Source: Vicinamibacterales bacterium
GTDB lineage: Bacteria; Acidobacteriota; Vicinamibacteria; Vicinamibacterales; UBA8438
Direction of reading: 5' to 3'
Length of the DNA: 64,000 nucleotides
Assembly (NCBI GenBank): GCA_965229825.1
Contig: CBDDJQ010000005.1
Coordinates: forward strand, 106,350-170,349
The notes under the pieces are model-generated. The model saw nothing but the letters and a program-made list of their open reading frames with translations, searched no databases and was not told the origin of the DNA. Position numbers and translations under genes: made by a program. Positions 8,668 through 19,200 of this stretch are shown here, piece after piece (position 1 is the stretch's first letter; each line of letters starts with the position of its first letter).

Positions 8668-9666
8668 CTAGGGAGCCTCCTCGAGACGCGCGGCTCGCAG
8701 CATCCCCACGATGGAGTAGTTGCCTTCGTGGCACGCGAACTCGTAGATCGGCTGTGTGCGACGCTTCAACGGGAGCGCCGCCGTCCACGGCGAGGCCCAG
8801 GTCGTCGGGTCGGTGAACGTCATCTCGTAGGTGAGGGTGTCGGGGCCGCTCCGCGTGAACCGCTCGACCAGATGCAGCCCCTCGGTGGCGCCGCGATAGT
8901 AGCTGTTCTCGGAAAAATTGCGGGTCTCGACGACCAGCGTATCCCCGTCCCAGTAGCCGCGCGAATCCCCGTTCCACTGGCGGATGGCGCCCGGGAGATG
9001 GGGACGTCCATCGAGCGGGATGAGCCGCGCATCGTGGAACGCCTCGCTGATGAACGCCACGTGGTCCGACGTCTGGACGAGTTGGTAGAAGGTGTACGGA
9101 CCGGCGCCGAAATTGCCGCCCAGACGCGGCACGCCGGTGGTCACGCATCGATGCACGTTGTTGAGGTCTTCCGGTCCGGTCTTGAACTGCCACCCGGTAT
9201 CCACTGCCGCCTCCCGCGCGCGCGCTTCCGGGGTCAGCGCCGGGATGCGCCCGTCGGGCGGGTCGATGACGAGGGACGTCCGGTTGGTGACCTCCACGTC
9301 GACCATGCCGATGGAGCTGCTGGTCGACCAAGCCTCGTAGGTCTCGACGTCGTTGAGGGCGGCGAAGAACGCCCCCTCGGGGGTCGTGAAGGCGCTTCTG
9401 CCGTTTCTGAAGATCCGCTCCGTCCGCGCGCGGAGGGTGGCGACCTCTTCGTCCGTCAGATATGCGCGGTCCGCGAACACCTCGGGGCGCTGCAACGGGG
9501 TGGCGGTATTGCTCAGCCACACGCCCTGCAAATCCGGGCGGCCGTCGGCCAGCCGGGGCGGGGTCCAGTCTTCGGCGCCGGTCTGCGCGCGGGCCGGACC
9601 GGCCACCAGGGCCAGTGTGATCAGGGCGACCGTCGCCGCGGTCCGTACGAGTTGGCAACCACGCAT
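8668..9666 (-). CDS. Secreted conserved hypothetical protein, paralogue of 4783..5802
   Basis: Strong AGGAGG RBS. Signal peptide ...ALVAGPARAQ. Carries the same conserved blocks as 4783..5802. Confidence 0.8.
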   Translation of the reverse strand: MRGCQLVRTAATVALITLALVAGPARAQTGAEDWTPPRLADGRPDLQGVWLSNTATPLQRPEVFADRAYLTDEEVATLRARTERIFRNGRSAFTTPEGAFFAALNDVETYEAWSTSSSIGMVDVEVTNRTSLVIDPPDGRIPALTPEARAREAAVDTGWQFKTGPEDLNNVHRCVTTGVPRLGGNFGAGPYTFYQLVQTSDHVAFISEAFHDARLIPLDGRPHLPGAIRQWNGDSRGYWDGDTLVVETRNFSENSYYRGATEGLHLVERFTRSGPDTLTYEMTFTDPTTWASPWTAALPLKRRTQPIYEFACHEGNYSIVGMLRAARLEEAP

Positions 9667-9699
9667 CCGTGCTCCTCCTGTTTCCTGTGCGCCTCTGCT

Positions 9700-11256
9700 T
9701 CAGCGCGGCGGGGCCGCCGTCGCCGAGGGCGCGGCGTCCGCCCCGCGCGGCGCGTAGATGTCGTAACCCTCCGCCGCCTCTTCCGCTTCCGTCGGCGGCG
9801 GCACCCCCGCGGCGAGCATCGCCTGCTCGACCGCGGCCACCGTCACCGGCGACGGCTTGAAGTTGCCGAACCGGTATCCGCGGGCGATGGTCAGCGGCGA
9901 CCAGCCGAACTGGTTCTTGCGCGCCCAGACGTCGATGTTCGCACCGCTGGCCGCGAGCAATCCCACCACCGCCGGCAGATTCTTGTAGGCCGCGCCGTGC
10001 ATGGCGGTCTCGCCCTTGTCATCGACGGCGTTCACGTCGTTCCCGAGGTCCAGCACAAGCTGAACCGCCTCGAGCACTTCTTCCTCGGTCCCGGCGTCCT
10101 CGCCCGGCGACCGCGTGCCCAGTCCCGCCGCGGCCATCAGCGGGGTGCTGTTCTCGGCGTTGGTCAGCGACGGGTCGGCGCCGAGGTCGACGAGGGTTCG
10201 CATCAGCTCCACGTCGGCCACCAGCGACGCCAGCATGAACGGGGTCGACCCCGGCTCGTGATGGCGGGTGTTGTTCAGGTTGCGCCGGATCGGCATCCGG
10301 GCGTTGACGTCGGCGCCGTGCTCCACCAGGGTCCGCACGAACTCGAGGCTGGTCATGCGCCCGGACCCGTCGGGGGCGGGGTCGTTGTCGCCGACCCCTG
10401 GCCTGCGGACTTTCGGGATCAGGTGCAGCGCGGCATATCCGGGGCCGTCCGCGTTCGGATCGGCGCCGGCCTCGAGGAGCGCCGCCGCCACGTCCCAGTG
10501 CGCATTGGTCGCCGCGAGGAGCAGCGGGGTAGTGCCGACCCCGACCGGCCGTCCGGTGCGGTAGGTCCGCTCTGCCCGAACGACCTCCTCGACCGCGCCG
10601 TTGACCTCGGCGCCGGCGCTCAACAGGGTACGGACCACCCCGAGGTGCCCCTCCCGCACCGCGAACAGCAGCGGGTTGAAACCGGAGTCGAGGGGGGTCG
10701 TGAAATCGGCCCCCACCTCGATCAGCGTCTCGACGACGTCGACGTGCCCCTCGGCCGTCGCCCACATCAGCGCCGTCTGCCGGCGTCTCGGCTCGGTGGC
10801 TTCGATGTCCGCCCCGTGCGCGATGAGCGCCCGGACGACACCGACCCGCCCCGAGCGGGCGGCGGTCATCAGCACCGTCTCGCCCCCCGGCAGCGTGGCG
10901 CCGGCATCGGCGCCGGCGTCGAGCAGCCGCCTGACCATCGCCGCATTGCCGTTCTCGGCGGCCAGCGACAGCGGCATGACGCCATAGCGATTCGGCGCAT
11001 GCACGTCGGCCCCGGCGTCCACCAGCCGGCCTGCGAGGTCCGCATCATCGTGATACGCGGCCCAATGCAGGGCCGTCATTCCGTCGACCTGCGCCGCGTT
11101 CACATCGGTCCGCTGATCGAGCAGACGGTCCAAGGCGGCCCGATCGCGCTGCTGGGCCGCATCGGCCAACGGCGCCTCGGATGCGGCGGCGGCGAACGGC
11201 GCCAAGCCGACGAGCGCCGCGACGATCAGGCATCTACCGGCCATTCTGCGATGCAT
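9700..11256 (-). CDS. Secreted ankyrin-repeat protein (518 aa)
   Basis: Signal peptide ...LAPFAAAAS. Many ANK units (GMTALHWAAYHDDADLAGRLVDAGADV, VMPLSLAAENGNAAMVRRLLDAGAD, ETVLMTAARSGRVGVVRALIAHGADI, and more). Confidence 0.85.
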   Translation of the reverse strand: MHRRMAGRCLIVAALVGLAPFAAAASEAPLADAAQQRDRAALDRLLDQRTDVNAAQVDGMTALHWAAYHDDADLAGRLVDAGADVHAPNRYGVMPLSLAAENGNAAMVRRLLDAGADAGATLPGGETVLMTAARSGRVGVVRALIAHGADIEATEPRRRQTALMWATAEGHVDVVETLIEVGADFTTPLDSGFNPLLFAVREGHLGVVRTLLSAGAEVNGAVEEVVRAERTYRTGRPVGVGTTPLLLAATNAHWDVAAALLEAGADPNADGPGYAALHLIPKVRRPGVGDNDPAPDGSGRMTSLEFVRTLVEHGADVNARMPIRRNLNNTRHHEPGSTPFMLASLVADVELMRTLVDLGADPSLTNAENSTPLMAAAGLGTRSPGEDAGTEEEVLEAVQLVLDLGNDVNAVDDKGETAMHGAAYKNLPAVVGLLAASGANIDVWARKNQFGWSPLTIARGYRFGNFKPSPVTVAAVEQAMLAAGVPPPTEAEEAAEGYDIYAPRGADAAPSATAAPPR

Positions 11257-11344
11257 CGTTCCGTCTCCCGTGCCCGGCTACCCCCGAACCCGTTCCCCCC
11301 CGACGGCGGAGGAGAACGGAGAGGACGCGGGCCGCTCCGCCGAT

Positions 11345-12688
11345 CTACAACGCCACCGGGTCGAGCAGCGTGTCGATCCGGCCGGTGCTGTCGGACCAGG
11401 TGTCCAGCTCGACCCCGACCTTGTCGAGCAGGGTCAGGTGAAGGTTCGCCATCGGCGTCGGTTCGGCGTACCGGACGTGCCGCCCCCCCTGCGTCCGCCC
11501 GGCGCCGCCGCCGGCCACCACCACCGGCAGGTTCACGTGATCGTGCACGTTGGGATTCCCCATCCCGCTGCCGTACATGTACAGGGAGTGGTCGAGCAGC
11601 GACCCCTCGCCGTCGGGCACCGACGCCAGCCGCTCGAGGAAGTATCCGAACAGCGACACGTGGTACTGGTTGATCTTCGCCAGCATCGCGAGCTTCTCGG
11701 GATCGTTGCCGTGGTGCGAGATCGGGTGATGCGGATCGGGCACCCCGATCTCCGGGTAGGTCCGGTTGCTCGACTCCCGCGCGAGCTGGAAGGTGATGAC
11801 CCGGGTGACGTCGCCCTGCAACGCCAGCACCTGCAGGTCGAACATCAGCTTCGCGTGGTCCTCGTAGGCGGCCGGCACCCCGATGGGACGATCCAGGTCG
11901 GGCAGCGGATCGTGCTCCGTTTCCGCCTCCGCCTTCTGAATCCGGCGCTCGACCTCGCGAACCGTGTCCAGGTACTCGTGGACGCGGTGACGGTCGCCGG
12001 GGCCGAGCTCGCGCTGCAGCCGCGCGATATCGTCACGCACCCAGTCCAGCAGGCTCGCGCGCCGTCCCAACGCGGCGCGCCGCTGGACCGCGGTGCCGCC
12101 TTCGCCGAACAGCCGTTCGAACACCATCCGCGGATGGGCCTCGGACGGCAGCGGCGAGGTGGGCGACGACCACGAGAGGTTGTTCTGGTAGACGCAGGCG
12201 TAGCCGTTGTCGCACTGGCCGACCATGTCGAGCAGGTCCATCGCCAGCTCGAGCGAGGGCAGTTGCGTCTCCTGGCCGATCTGCCGGGCCGCGATCTGAT
12301 CGACGGTGGTGCCCAGGTAGTAGTCGGTGCTCTCGGTCCATTTCGCCTTGGCCGCGCTCAGAAACGAGGCGTTCGACGTGGCGTGGGTCCCGGGATACGC
12401 GTTCCGGAGCTCCAGATTGCTGACCACCGTCAACTGGTCCTGCACCGGCGCCAGCGGTCCCAGGCTCGGAGAGAGCTGCGCCAGCTTCCCGTCGCCGGGC
12501 GGGGTCCACATCGCGATGTTGGACCCCATCGGCACGTAGACGAATCCGAGCCTCCGGACCGGTCTGGCCGCGGTGTTGGCGAGCGCCGTCATCGACGGCA
12601 CCATCGCATCGAGCAGCGGCAACGCCACGGTGGCTCCCACCCCGCGCAGAAAGGTCCGCCGCGGCAACGCCTTTTTCGAAATCATCAT
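11345..12688 (-). CDS. DUF1552 domain protein with Tat signal
   Basis: MMISKKALPRRTFLRGVGATVALPLLDAM...; blocks HHPISHHGND and NLPVVVAGG are typical of DUF1552. The ATG overlaps the upstream stop (ATGA at 12685-12688). Confidence 0.85.
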   Translation of the reverse strand: MMISKKALPRRTFLRGVGATVALPLLDAMVPSMTALANTAARPVRRLGFVYVPMGSNIAMWTPPGDGKLAQLSPSLGPLAPVQDQLTVVSNLELRNAYPGTHATSNASFLSAAKAKWTESTDYYLGTTVDQIAARQIGQETQLPSLELAMDLLDMVGQCDNGYACVYQNNLSWSSPTSPLPSEAHPRMVFERLFGEGGTAVQRRAALGRRASLLDWVRDDIARLQRELGPGDRHRVHEYLDTVREVERRIQKAEAETEHDPLPDLDRPIGVPAAYEDHAKLMFDLQVLALQGDVTRVITFQLARESSNRTYPEIGVPDPHHPISHHGNDPEKLAMLAKINQYHVSLFGYFLERLASVPDGEGSLLDHSLYMYGSGMGNPNVHDHVNLPVVVAGGGAGRTQGGRHVRYAEPTPMANLHLTLLDKVGVELDTWSDSTGRIDTLLDPVAL

Positions 12689-15084
12689 GATGCTTTCCTC
12701 ATCTGGAACGGCAGGCTCTCGACCACTCCGAGAATCAGCGACGAGAGACGGTAGTCGTCCTCCTGCGCGGCCCGGAGAATGGTCCGGATGGCCGGCGCAT
12801 CGGTATGCGCGACCCCGCGTCCGGTCGCGAACGTCAGCAGCTTCTCGGCCACCGTGCCCACGAAGAGCTCCGGGCGCCGCAACAGCGCCGCCTCGAGCTC
12901 GTCGACGCCGTCGACGGTCGTTCCGTCGAAGAGCGTCGCCGCGGCGTCGATGGGCATCCCCTCGTCCGCGTCGCGCCAGCGCCCGACCGCGTCGTAGTTC
13001 TCGAGGGCGAACCCCACGGGGTCCATCAACTGGTGGCAGCTCGCGCACGCGGGGCTCGCCCGATGCGCGCTCATCCGCTCCTTCATCGAGCGGGCGCGTG
13101 CGCCCGCCCCCGTGTCCTCAAGCTCGGGCACGTTGGGGGGCGGCGGGGGCGGAGGCACCCCCAGGATGTTGTCGAGCACCCACTTCCCCCGGATGACCGG
13201 CGAGGTGCGCGTCGCATAGGAAGTCGCCAGCAGGATGCTGCCCTGTCGCAGCAGTCCGCCCCGGGTCCCCCCCTCGCCGAACTCGACCCGGCGGAACCGG
13301 CTGCCATAGACGTGCGGCACGCCGTAGTGCTTCGCCAGCCGCTCGTTCAGATAGGTGTAGTCGGCCCGCAGCAGGTCGAGAACGCTGCGATCCTCCCGCA
13401 GGACGCTCTCGACGAGCATCTCCGTCTCCTGCCGGAACGCCTGCCGCAGGTTGTCGTCGAAATCGGGAAAGGCCCGCATGTCCGGGGTAATCGACTCCAG
13501 ATTCCGGAGATGCAGCCACTGGCCGGCGAAATTGGTGACGAGGTTCGAGGCGCGCGGGTCCGCCAGCATCCGGCGCACCTGCCGCTCCAGCACTCCCGGA
13601 GCGGTCAGCTCGCCCCGCTCGGCCACCGCGAGCAGCTCGTCGTCGGGAATGCTGCTCCACAGGAAGAAGGACAGCCGCGACGCCAGCTCGAGGTCGCTCA
13701 AGCGATACGCCGCGCCCGCCTCGACGCCCTCGGGGTCGCGCTCGACCCGGAACAGGAACTCGGGGCTCACCAGCACCGCCGCCAGCCCCATCTCGATGCC
13801 GGCATCGAATCCGTCCTCGTCCCGAGCCGCACGGTACAGCGCGAACGGCCGCGCGAGATCCGCCGCGGTCACCGGACGCCGGTAGGCCTGCCGCATCAGG
13901 GCGGAGAGAATGTCGGTGGCGCAGGCATCCTCGGCGGCCGCCGCGGCCGGCTGGCAGGTGAAGATGCGAGCCCGGCTCGGGGTGTCGCCGGCTCCGGCGG
14001 GGTTGTAGGGACCGACGATGGAGATCTCGTACACCGCCGGCTGCACCCGCGGGTGCCGGTAGTAGTTGAAGTGCGCCTCGTACGGCTGCCGCTCGGTCTC
14101 GAGCAGCAGCTCCGGCTTCTTGGGAAAGGTGACGGCCAGCGCATGAGGACCGGCCGCGACCGCCACCCGTCGCGTGAGGTGCGCATCGAGCGTGTCGTGC
14201 GACGGTTGGTAGTTCAACGCATGCTCCGCGACCTGCTCCGCCGGGTGCACCGTAAAGGCCTCCACCAGCTCACCGTCGAGCAGCAGATGCAGGTCGTGCG
14301 ACTCGCTCAGGCCCTCGATATGCTCGTTCCGGTCGCGGGCCAGCCGGACGCTGATCTCGTAGTCGCCGTCGACCGGAAAGGTATGCGACAGCAGGACCCC
14401 GCCGCGGGTGCCGATGGGCATCCCGGGCAGATGGCCTTCCTGCGTCAGGTCGGGTCGGGTGCGGATCGTGATGCCGCCGGGCCCCAGACCGGGACGCCCG
14501 ACCGCGAGCCGGCTGATCTTCTCGGCCGCCGAGACGTACCGCTCCAGCAACGTGGGCGAGAGATTTCCGACGGTGATGTTGTCGAACCCGAAGCTGGACG
14601 AATCGCTTGGGAGCAGGGCGGCCACGTCGACCTCGAGGGCCAGCAGATCCCGGACCGCGTTGTGATACTCGGTGCGGTTGAGCCGCCTGAACGTCTCCGA
14701 GCGTCCCGGGTCCGGGGCCGCCGCGGCGTGGCGATCCAGGGCTGCTTCCAGCGATGCGATCGCCGCCGCGTACGCCGATTCGTCGGGCCGGCGCGCGGCG
14801 GCCGGCGGCATCTGCCGGGCGCGCAGCTTCCGGACGACCCGCTCCCAGACCTCCGTATGGTCGGCCAGCGCTTCTTCGGCGATCGTGTCCAGGGCGAGAC
14901 CGGCGGTGCGGGTCCGGCTGTTGTGACACGACAGGCAGTAGCGGCTGACCAGGGTCTGATGCGCGTCCTCGGCCGGCGGGGCGCCGGTCGCCGGCGCGGC
15001 ACCGAGGGTACCGGCGAGACTGCCGGCTGCCAGCATCCCCGCCAGACTCGGGCGGAGTCTCCAACGTCGCCTCGGTTTGAGCAT
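12685..15084 (-). CDS. DUF1592/DUF1585/DUF1587/DUF1588/DUF1595-type (planctomycete-cytochrome-like) protein with two CxxCH motifs
   Basis: 799 aa. N-terminal YCLSCHNSRT...RARQMPP and C-terminal ACASCHQLMDPVGFALENYDAVGRWR. This is the usual genomic partner of DUF1552. Confidence 0.85.
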   Translation of the reverse strand: MLKPRRRWRLRPSLAGMLAAGSLAGTLGAAPATGAPPAEDAHQTLVSRYCLSCHNSRTRTAGLALDTIAEEALADHTEVWERVVRKLRARQMPPAAARRPDESAYAAAIASLEAALDRHAAAAPDPGRSETFRRLNRTEYHNAVRDLLALEVDVAALLPSDSSSFGFDNITVGNLSPTLLERYVSAAEKISRLAVGRPGLGPGGITIRTRPDLTQEGHLPGMPIGTRGGVLLSHTFPVDGDYEISVRLARDRNEHIEGLSESHDLHLLLDGELVEAFTVHPAEQVAEHALNYQPSHDTLDAHLTRRVAVAAGPHALAVTFPKKPELLLETERQPYEAHFNYYRHPRVQPAVYEISIVGPYNPAGAGDTPSRARIFTCQPAAAAAEDACATDILSALMRQAYRRPVTAADLARPFALYRAARDEDGFDAGIEMGLAAVLVSPEFLFRVERDPEGVEAGAAYRLSDLELASRLSFFLWSSIPDDELLAVAERGELTAPGVLERQVRRMLADPRASNLVTNFAGQWLHLRNLESITPDMRAFPDFDDNLRQAFRQETEMLVESVLREDRSVLDLLRADYTYLNERLAKHYGVPHVYGSRFRRVEFGEGGTRGGLLRQGSILLATSYATRTSPVIRGKWVLDNILGVPPPPPPPNVPELEDTGAGARARSMKERMSAHRASPACASCHQLMDPVGFALENYDAVGRWRDADEGMPIDAAATLFDGTTVDGVDELEAALLRRPELFVGTVAEKLLTFATGRGVAHTDAPAIRTILRAAQEDDYRLSSLILGVVESLPFQMRKAS

Positions 15085-15248
15085 CCGGCGTTCCCCCCGT
15101 CACGGAATACCTCGGTGGCCGTGACGTTTTCTGGCCCCTTTATACACCGATCGGGGTTCCACGGCCACGAATCCGTCTTATCATTGTCGATAGCGCCGCG
15201 CCGGCTCGCACAACCGACCCGGAACGTCGGCGTTCATCGGAAAGAACC

Positions 15249-15722
15249 GTGTCTGACCATTCACGCCCCTTTACCATCGATACGGATCGGCGCGGGCGAG
15301 GCGTGCAGATCGCCCTGATCCTGATCGGTATCCCGTTCGTCGTGTCGCTCGCGGGGCTGGGACTCCGGTCGCCCCTGTCGGAGCTGGAGTTGCCCGACGA
15401 GGGCCTTCTGACCATCGGCGCCGCCGCGTGCGGCGCCGCCCTGCTGCTGGTCATTGCGGGGGCTTGGGCCGTCGACTGGTGGACGGTCAGAAAACAGCTG
15501 CGGGCGTTGGCCGCGACGAACCGCCAGCTCGAGCTGACGGGCAACGAGATCGAGACGGAACGAGCCCGGCACGGCATGGAATTGCAGATCAAGACGATGG
15601 CGATCGAGAACCGGAGCGACTACGATCCGTCGCTCCGGACGCCGGACGCCGACCTCGAGATCCGGCCCGCCGTCTTCGATGCGGTCGCACAGCCCCCGAA
15701 GCTGCCGGAACGGACATCGTGA
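15249..15722 (+). CDS. Membrane-anchored coiled-coil protein, tandem paralogue 1 (157 aa)
   Basis: GTG start. Two TM segments (VQIALILIGIPFVVSLAGLGL; AACGAALLLVIAGAWAV) followed by NRQLELTGNEIETERARHGMELQIKTMAIEN. Confidence 0.55.
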   Translation: MSDHSRPFTIDTDRRGRGVQIALILIGIPFVVSLAGLGLRSPLSELELPDEGLLTIGAAACGAALLLVIAGAWAVDWWTVRKQLRALAATNRQLELTGNEIETERARHGMELQIKTMAIENRSDYDPSLRTPDADLEIRPAVFDAVAQPPKLPERTS

Positions 15723-16276
15723 CCCCGCGAAGCGCCAACGAGATCGTGACCGCCCTGGATCGCAGTATGCGCCGCGTCCGGGTATCGCTGGTGCTCTACG
15801 GCGTGCCCTGCCTGATCTCACTGGCCGGGCTGGGGTTTCGCGCCTCCCTGACGGGTATCTCGCCGCTCCTGCCGGACATCCTCGAGATCGCGGCGACGCT
15901 CACCGCGGTGGGTCTCCTGCTCGTGATCCTGGCGGGCTGGCTGGCCACGCGGCGCGCGCTCCGGCAACTGGACCTCAGGCTGCGCGAGTCCACCGCCCGG
16001 CTCGCCCTCAATCGCCAGGAGATAGAGGCCGCCAAGACCCGGCATGCGCTCGAGCGGCAGGTCAAGACGTTGGAACTCGAGCACGCCGTGGCGAGCCGGG
16101 AAGCCCGCCTCCGGATTCGAGAGCTCGAGCGCGCGCTCGAACAGCCCGCCCCGGCGCTGCCGCCGGCCGACCCCGAACCGGCCGCGGCCCCATCCCCGCA
16201 CCGGGCCCCGCCGACGACCTTGAACCGGCCGCGCAGGATCCTGCCGGAAGTGGACGCCGCCGACGAGAGCGGGTGA
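15719..16276 (+). CDS. Membrane-anchored coiled-coil protein, tandem paralogue 2 (185 aa)
   Basis: The GTG at 15719 overlaps the stop of paralogue 1 (GTGA). It aligns block by block with paralogue 1: VRVSLVLYGVPCLISLAGLGF; AVGLLLVILAGWLA; NRQEIEAAKTRHALERQVKTLELEH. Confidence 0.55.
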   Translation: MTPRSANEIVTALDRSMRRVRVSLVLYGVPCLISLAGLGFRASLTGISPLLPDILEIAATLTAVGLLLVILAGWLATRRALRQLDLRLRESTARLALNRQEIEAAKTRHALERQVKTLELEHAVASREARLRIRELERALEQPAPALPPADPEPAAAPSPHRAPPTTLNRPRRILPEVDAADESG

Positions 16277-16288
16277 CCCTCGGGCCCC

Positions 16289-19200
16289 TCAACGAAACTC
16301 GATCGGCGGGGGTGAGACCAGCTCCACGGTCCCCGCGGTCACGCGGAGCGTCGAACGCCCCGGGGTGCTCGAGGTGATCTGCAGGCGGACCGCGCCGTCG
16401 GCGGCGGTCATCGATTCGACGGGCCGGATGCTGTCGGCACCCCGGCTGGAGACGACCCGGACCGGCGCCCCGGCCACCGGGTTGTTGAAGGCATCCCGCA
16501 CCGTCACGGTGATCTCGGCCGCCGCGCCTCCGCCGGCGGGGACGGCCGGCGGCGATACGTCAACCGTCGAGGTCGCCGCACTCGGATCCCCCGGAACGAC
16601 CCGAACCTCCGTCGTTCCCTCGACCCCGTTCGACCGCCCCAGCACCTGTCCGGTCCCGGCCGCCAGCGCGGTAAAGATGCCGCGCGCCGGTTCGACGGTG
16701 CCGACGTCCCCCGACACCTGCCACTCGACCGTGTAGCCGGTGACGGTGTTCCCCCGGGCATCGAATCCGGCAGTCTGAAACTGCAGGAGCTCACCGGATC
16801 GCACTTCGGGAACCGCCGGCTGCACCGCCAGCACCGCCAAGGTACCCGGCGTGGTGGTGACATCCGCGATCCCGACCACGGCGCCGACGGTGGCGGAGAC
16901 CACCCCGGTGCCGGCCATGGTCGCGCTGAAACGTCCCTCCGCGTCCAGGCTGCCGACTCCGTAGGTCAGGCTCCAGTCCGGATCGACATCTACCAGATTG
17001 CCGTACGCGTCGCGACCGGCTGCGGTGAACGCCTGCGTCGTATCGCTCGCCACGTCCACCCGCGCCGGCGCGACCACGATCGAGGCGAGCGGGCCTGCCG
17101 TCACGTTCACCTCCGCCTCGGCCGCCGACGATCCGCTGGTCACGCGAATCACCGCGGGCCCCGCCCGGGTCGGGACGAACTGCCCCCCGGCGTCGATGGA
17201 CCCGGCGCCGCGGACGATCTCCCACCGGGGCTCGACGACGACGACATGATCGTCCCGGTCGTGTCCCACTGCGGCCAGCCGGATCCGTTCGCCGGCCGTT
17301 ACCTCGGCGCGGTCCGGGTCGCGGACAATCCGCAGGTCCGCCAGCGGTCCCGGCAACACCCGCACCGGCGCCTCCGCCGAGACGTCGCCCGACCGCGCGA
17401 TGATGCGGCCGCTCCCCGGGGCTGCCGCGGCGAAACGTCCCTCGGCGTCGACCCGGCCGACGCCGCCGGCGACCTCCCACTCCGGCCGGGTCACCACCTC
17501 GTTGCCGTTCGCGTCGACGCCGGTCCAAACCACCGGCCGCGTGTCGCCGACCTGCACGTCGCCCGGCGCGTCGAGGTCGATGGCGGCCAGCGCGCCGGGC
17601 ACGACCCGCACCTCGGAGACCCCCGACAACGCGCCGGCCGTCGCGATTACCGACCCGACCCCGGCCGTGATCGCGCTGAGCCGGCCGTCCCGCGTGCCGA
17701 TCGTGCCGACGCCGCCGGTCACCGTCCACGCCGGCGTCACCGGACGCTCGTTCCCGAGTGCATCCCGGCCCGTGGCCTCGAACGCCTGCACCGAGCCGGA
17801 CGCGATGTCGAGCACCCGCGGGGTCACCCCGAGCGAGGCCAGGGGTCCGGCGTTGACCCGAATCGCGGCCTCGACCGACAGGTCCTCCACCGCCGCCGCC
17901 AACGTGACCGCGCCGGCGACGGTGCCGACGAACGTGCCGCCGGCGTCGATGCGCCCCTCACCCGCCGACAGGCTCCACGCCGGCTCGACCGTCACGCGGT
18001 TGCCCACGCCGTCGACTCCGGTCACCATGAACCGTTGTGACGATCCGGCCACCACGGTGGCGGTGCGCGGCGCCACCGCGAGACTGGTCAGCGCCCCGGG
18101 GACGACCCGCACGTCCGCCGTGCCGGTCACCTCTCCCGCCCTTGCGACCACCTGTCCCTGGCCGGCCTGCCCCCCGGTTAGCTCGCCACCGGGGTCGAGC
18201 TGACCGACGGCCCGGGACAGCTCCCAGACCGGCTCGATAGCCACCTCGTTCCCGGCCGCGTCGCGTCCGACGGCCGCGAAAGCGATGGTGGTTCCGGCCG
18301 GCACGTCGGCCTGCGCGGGACTCACCGCGATCGATTCGAGCGGGCCCGGTACCACCTCGATCACCGTGGATGCCGCGACGCGGCCGGAGGCGACGACCAG
18401 CCGCGCCGTACCGGCCCGCACCGCCCCGAAACGCCCGGTGTCGTCGAGCTCGCCGAGCGCATCGGACAGGCTCCAGGTCGGCGTCAGCGACACTTCATTG
18501 CCGCCGGAATCCTGCCCGACGGCGCGAAACTGCCGCTCGGTCCCGCTGACCACCGTCGGGTTGCGCGGTTCCACGGCAATCGTCACCAAGGGTCCCGTCG
18601 TCACCTCTACCCGGGCCTCGCCCCGAAGATCGCCGGCCGCGGCCACCACCGCCGCCTCTCCGGCCCGTCTCGCCGTCATGACCCCCCGGTCGTCAAGGTC
18701 ACCCACGTCCTGCGTGAGACTCCACTGGACCGTCCCGCCCTGGCCACCCGGGTCGAGCGCCACTGCGTTCCCGCCGGCGTCACGGGCCACGGCGCGCAGG
18801 GTCACCACCTCGCCCGATTCGACGCGCACCTCGGCCGGCAGCACCTCGATACGGCGCGGCGGACCCGGCACCACCGTCAATGCGCTCGACGCCACGACCC
18901 CCCCGATCGCGGCCCGCACCCGTCCCTGGCCCGCGGTCCCCGCCGTGAACGCCCCGGACGGCTCGAGCGCGCCGATTCCTCCCGTGAGGGTCCACTGCGG
19001 CCGCACCCCCAGCTCACCGCCATCGTCGTCGAAGCCGACCGCTTCGAAGGTCAGGGCCTCGCCGGCCAGCAGCTCCGCCCGTTCCGGCCGGACCGTCAGC
19101 CGGGACAGCCGCCGCGTGGGCACGACGAGCGTCTGCGCCGGCAGACCCGCAACCGTGACATCCACCGTGTTGTCGCCCGGATCGGGGGCGGTCGTCAAGG

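Noticed and set aside
8656-11673. Very long ORFs with Arg/Pro/Gly/His-rich translations: 8656..11673, 12805..15318, 31244..34216, 35219..37711, 38267..40576, 42267..45851, 51646..53682, 53865..55505, 55361..57187, 57147..59198, 57164..61678, 59859..61757 and many shorter ones.
   Set aside because: They lie antisense to, or out of frame with, genes that have clear family signatures. They have low-complexity composition and no motifs. These are typical shadow ORFs caused by stop-codon depletion in roughly 70% GC DNA.
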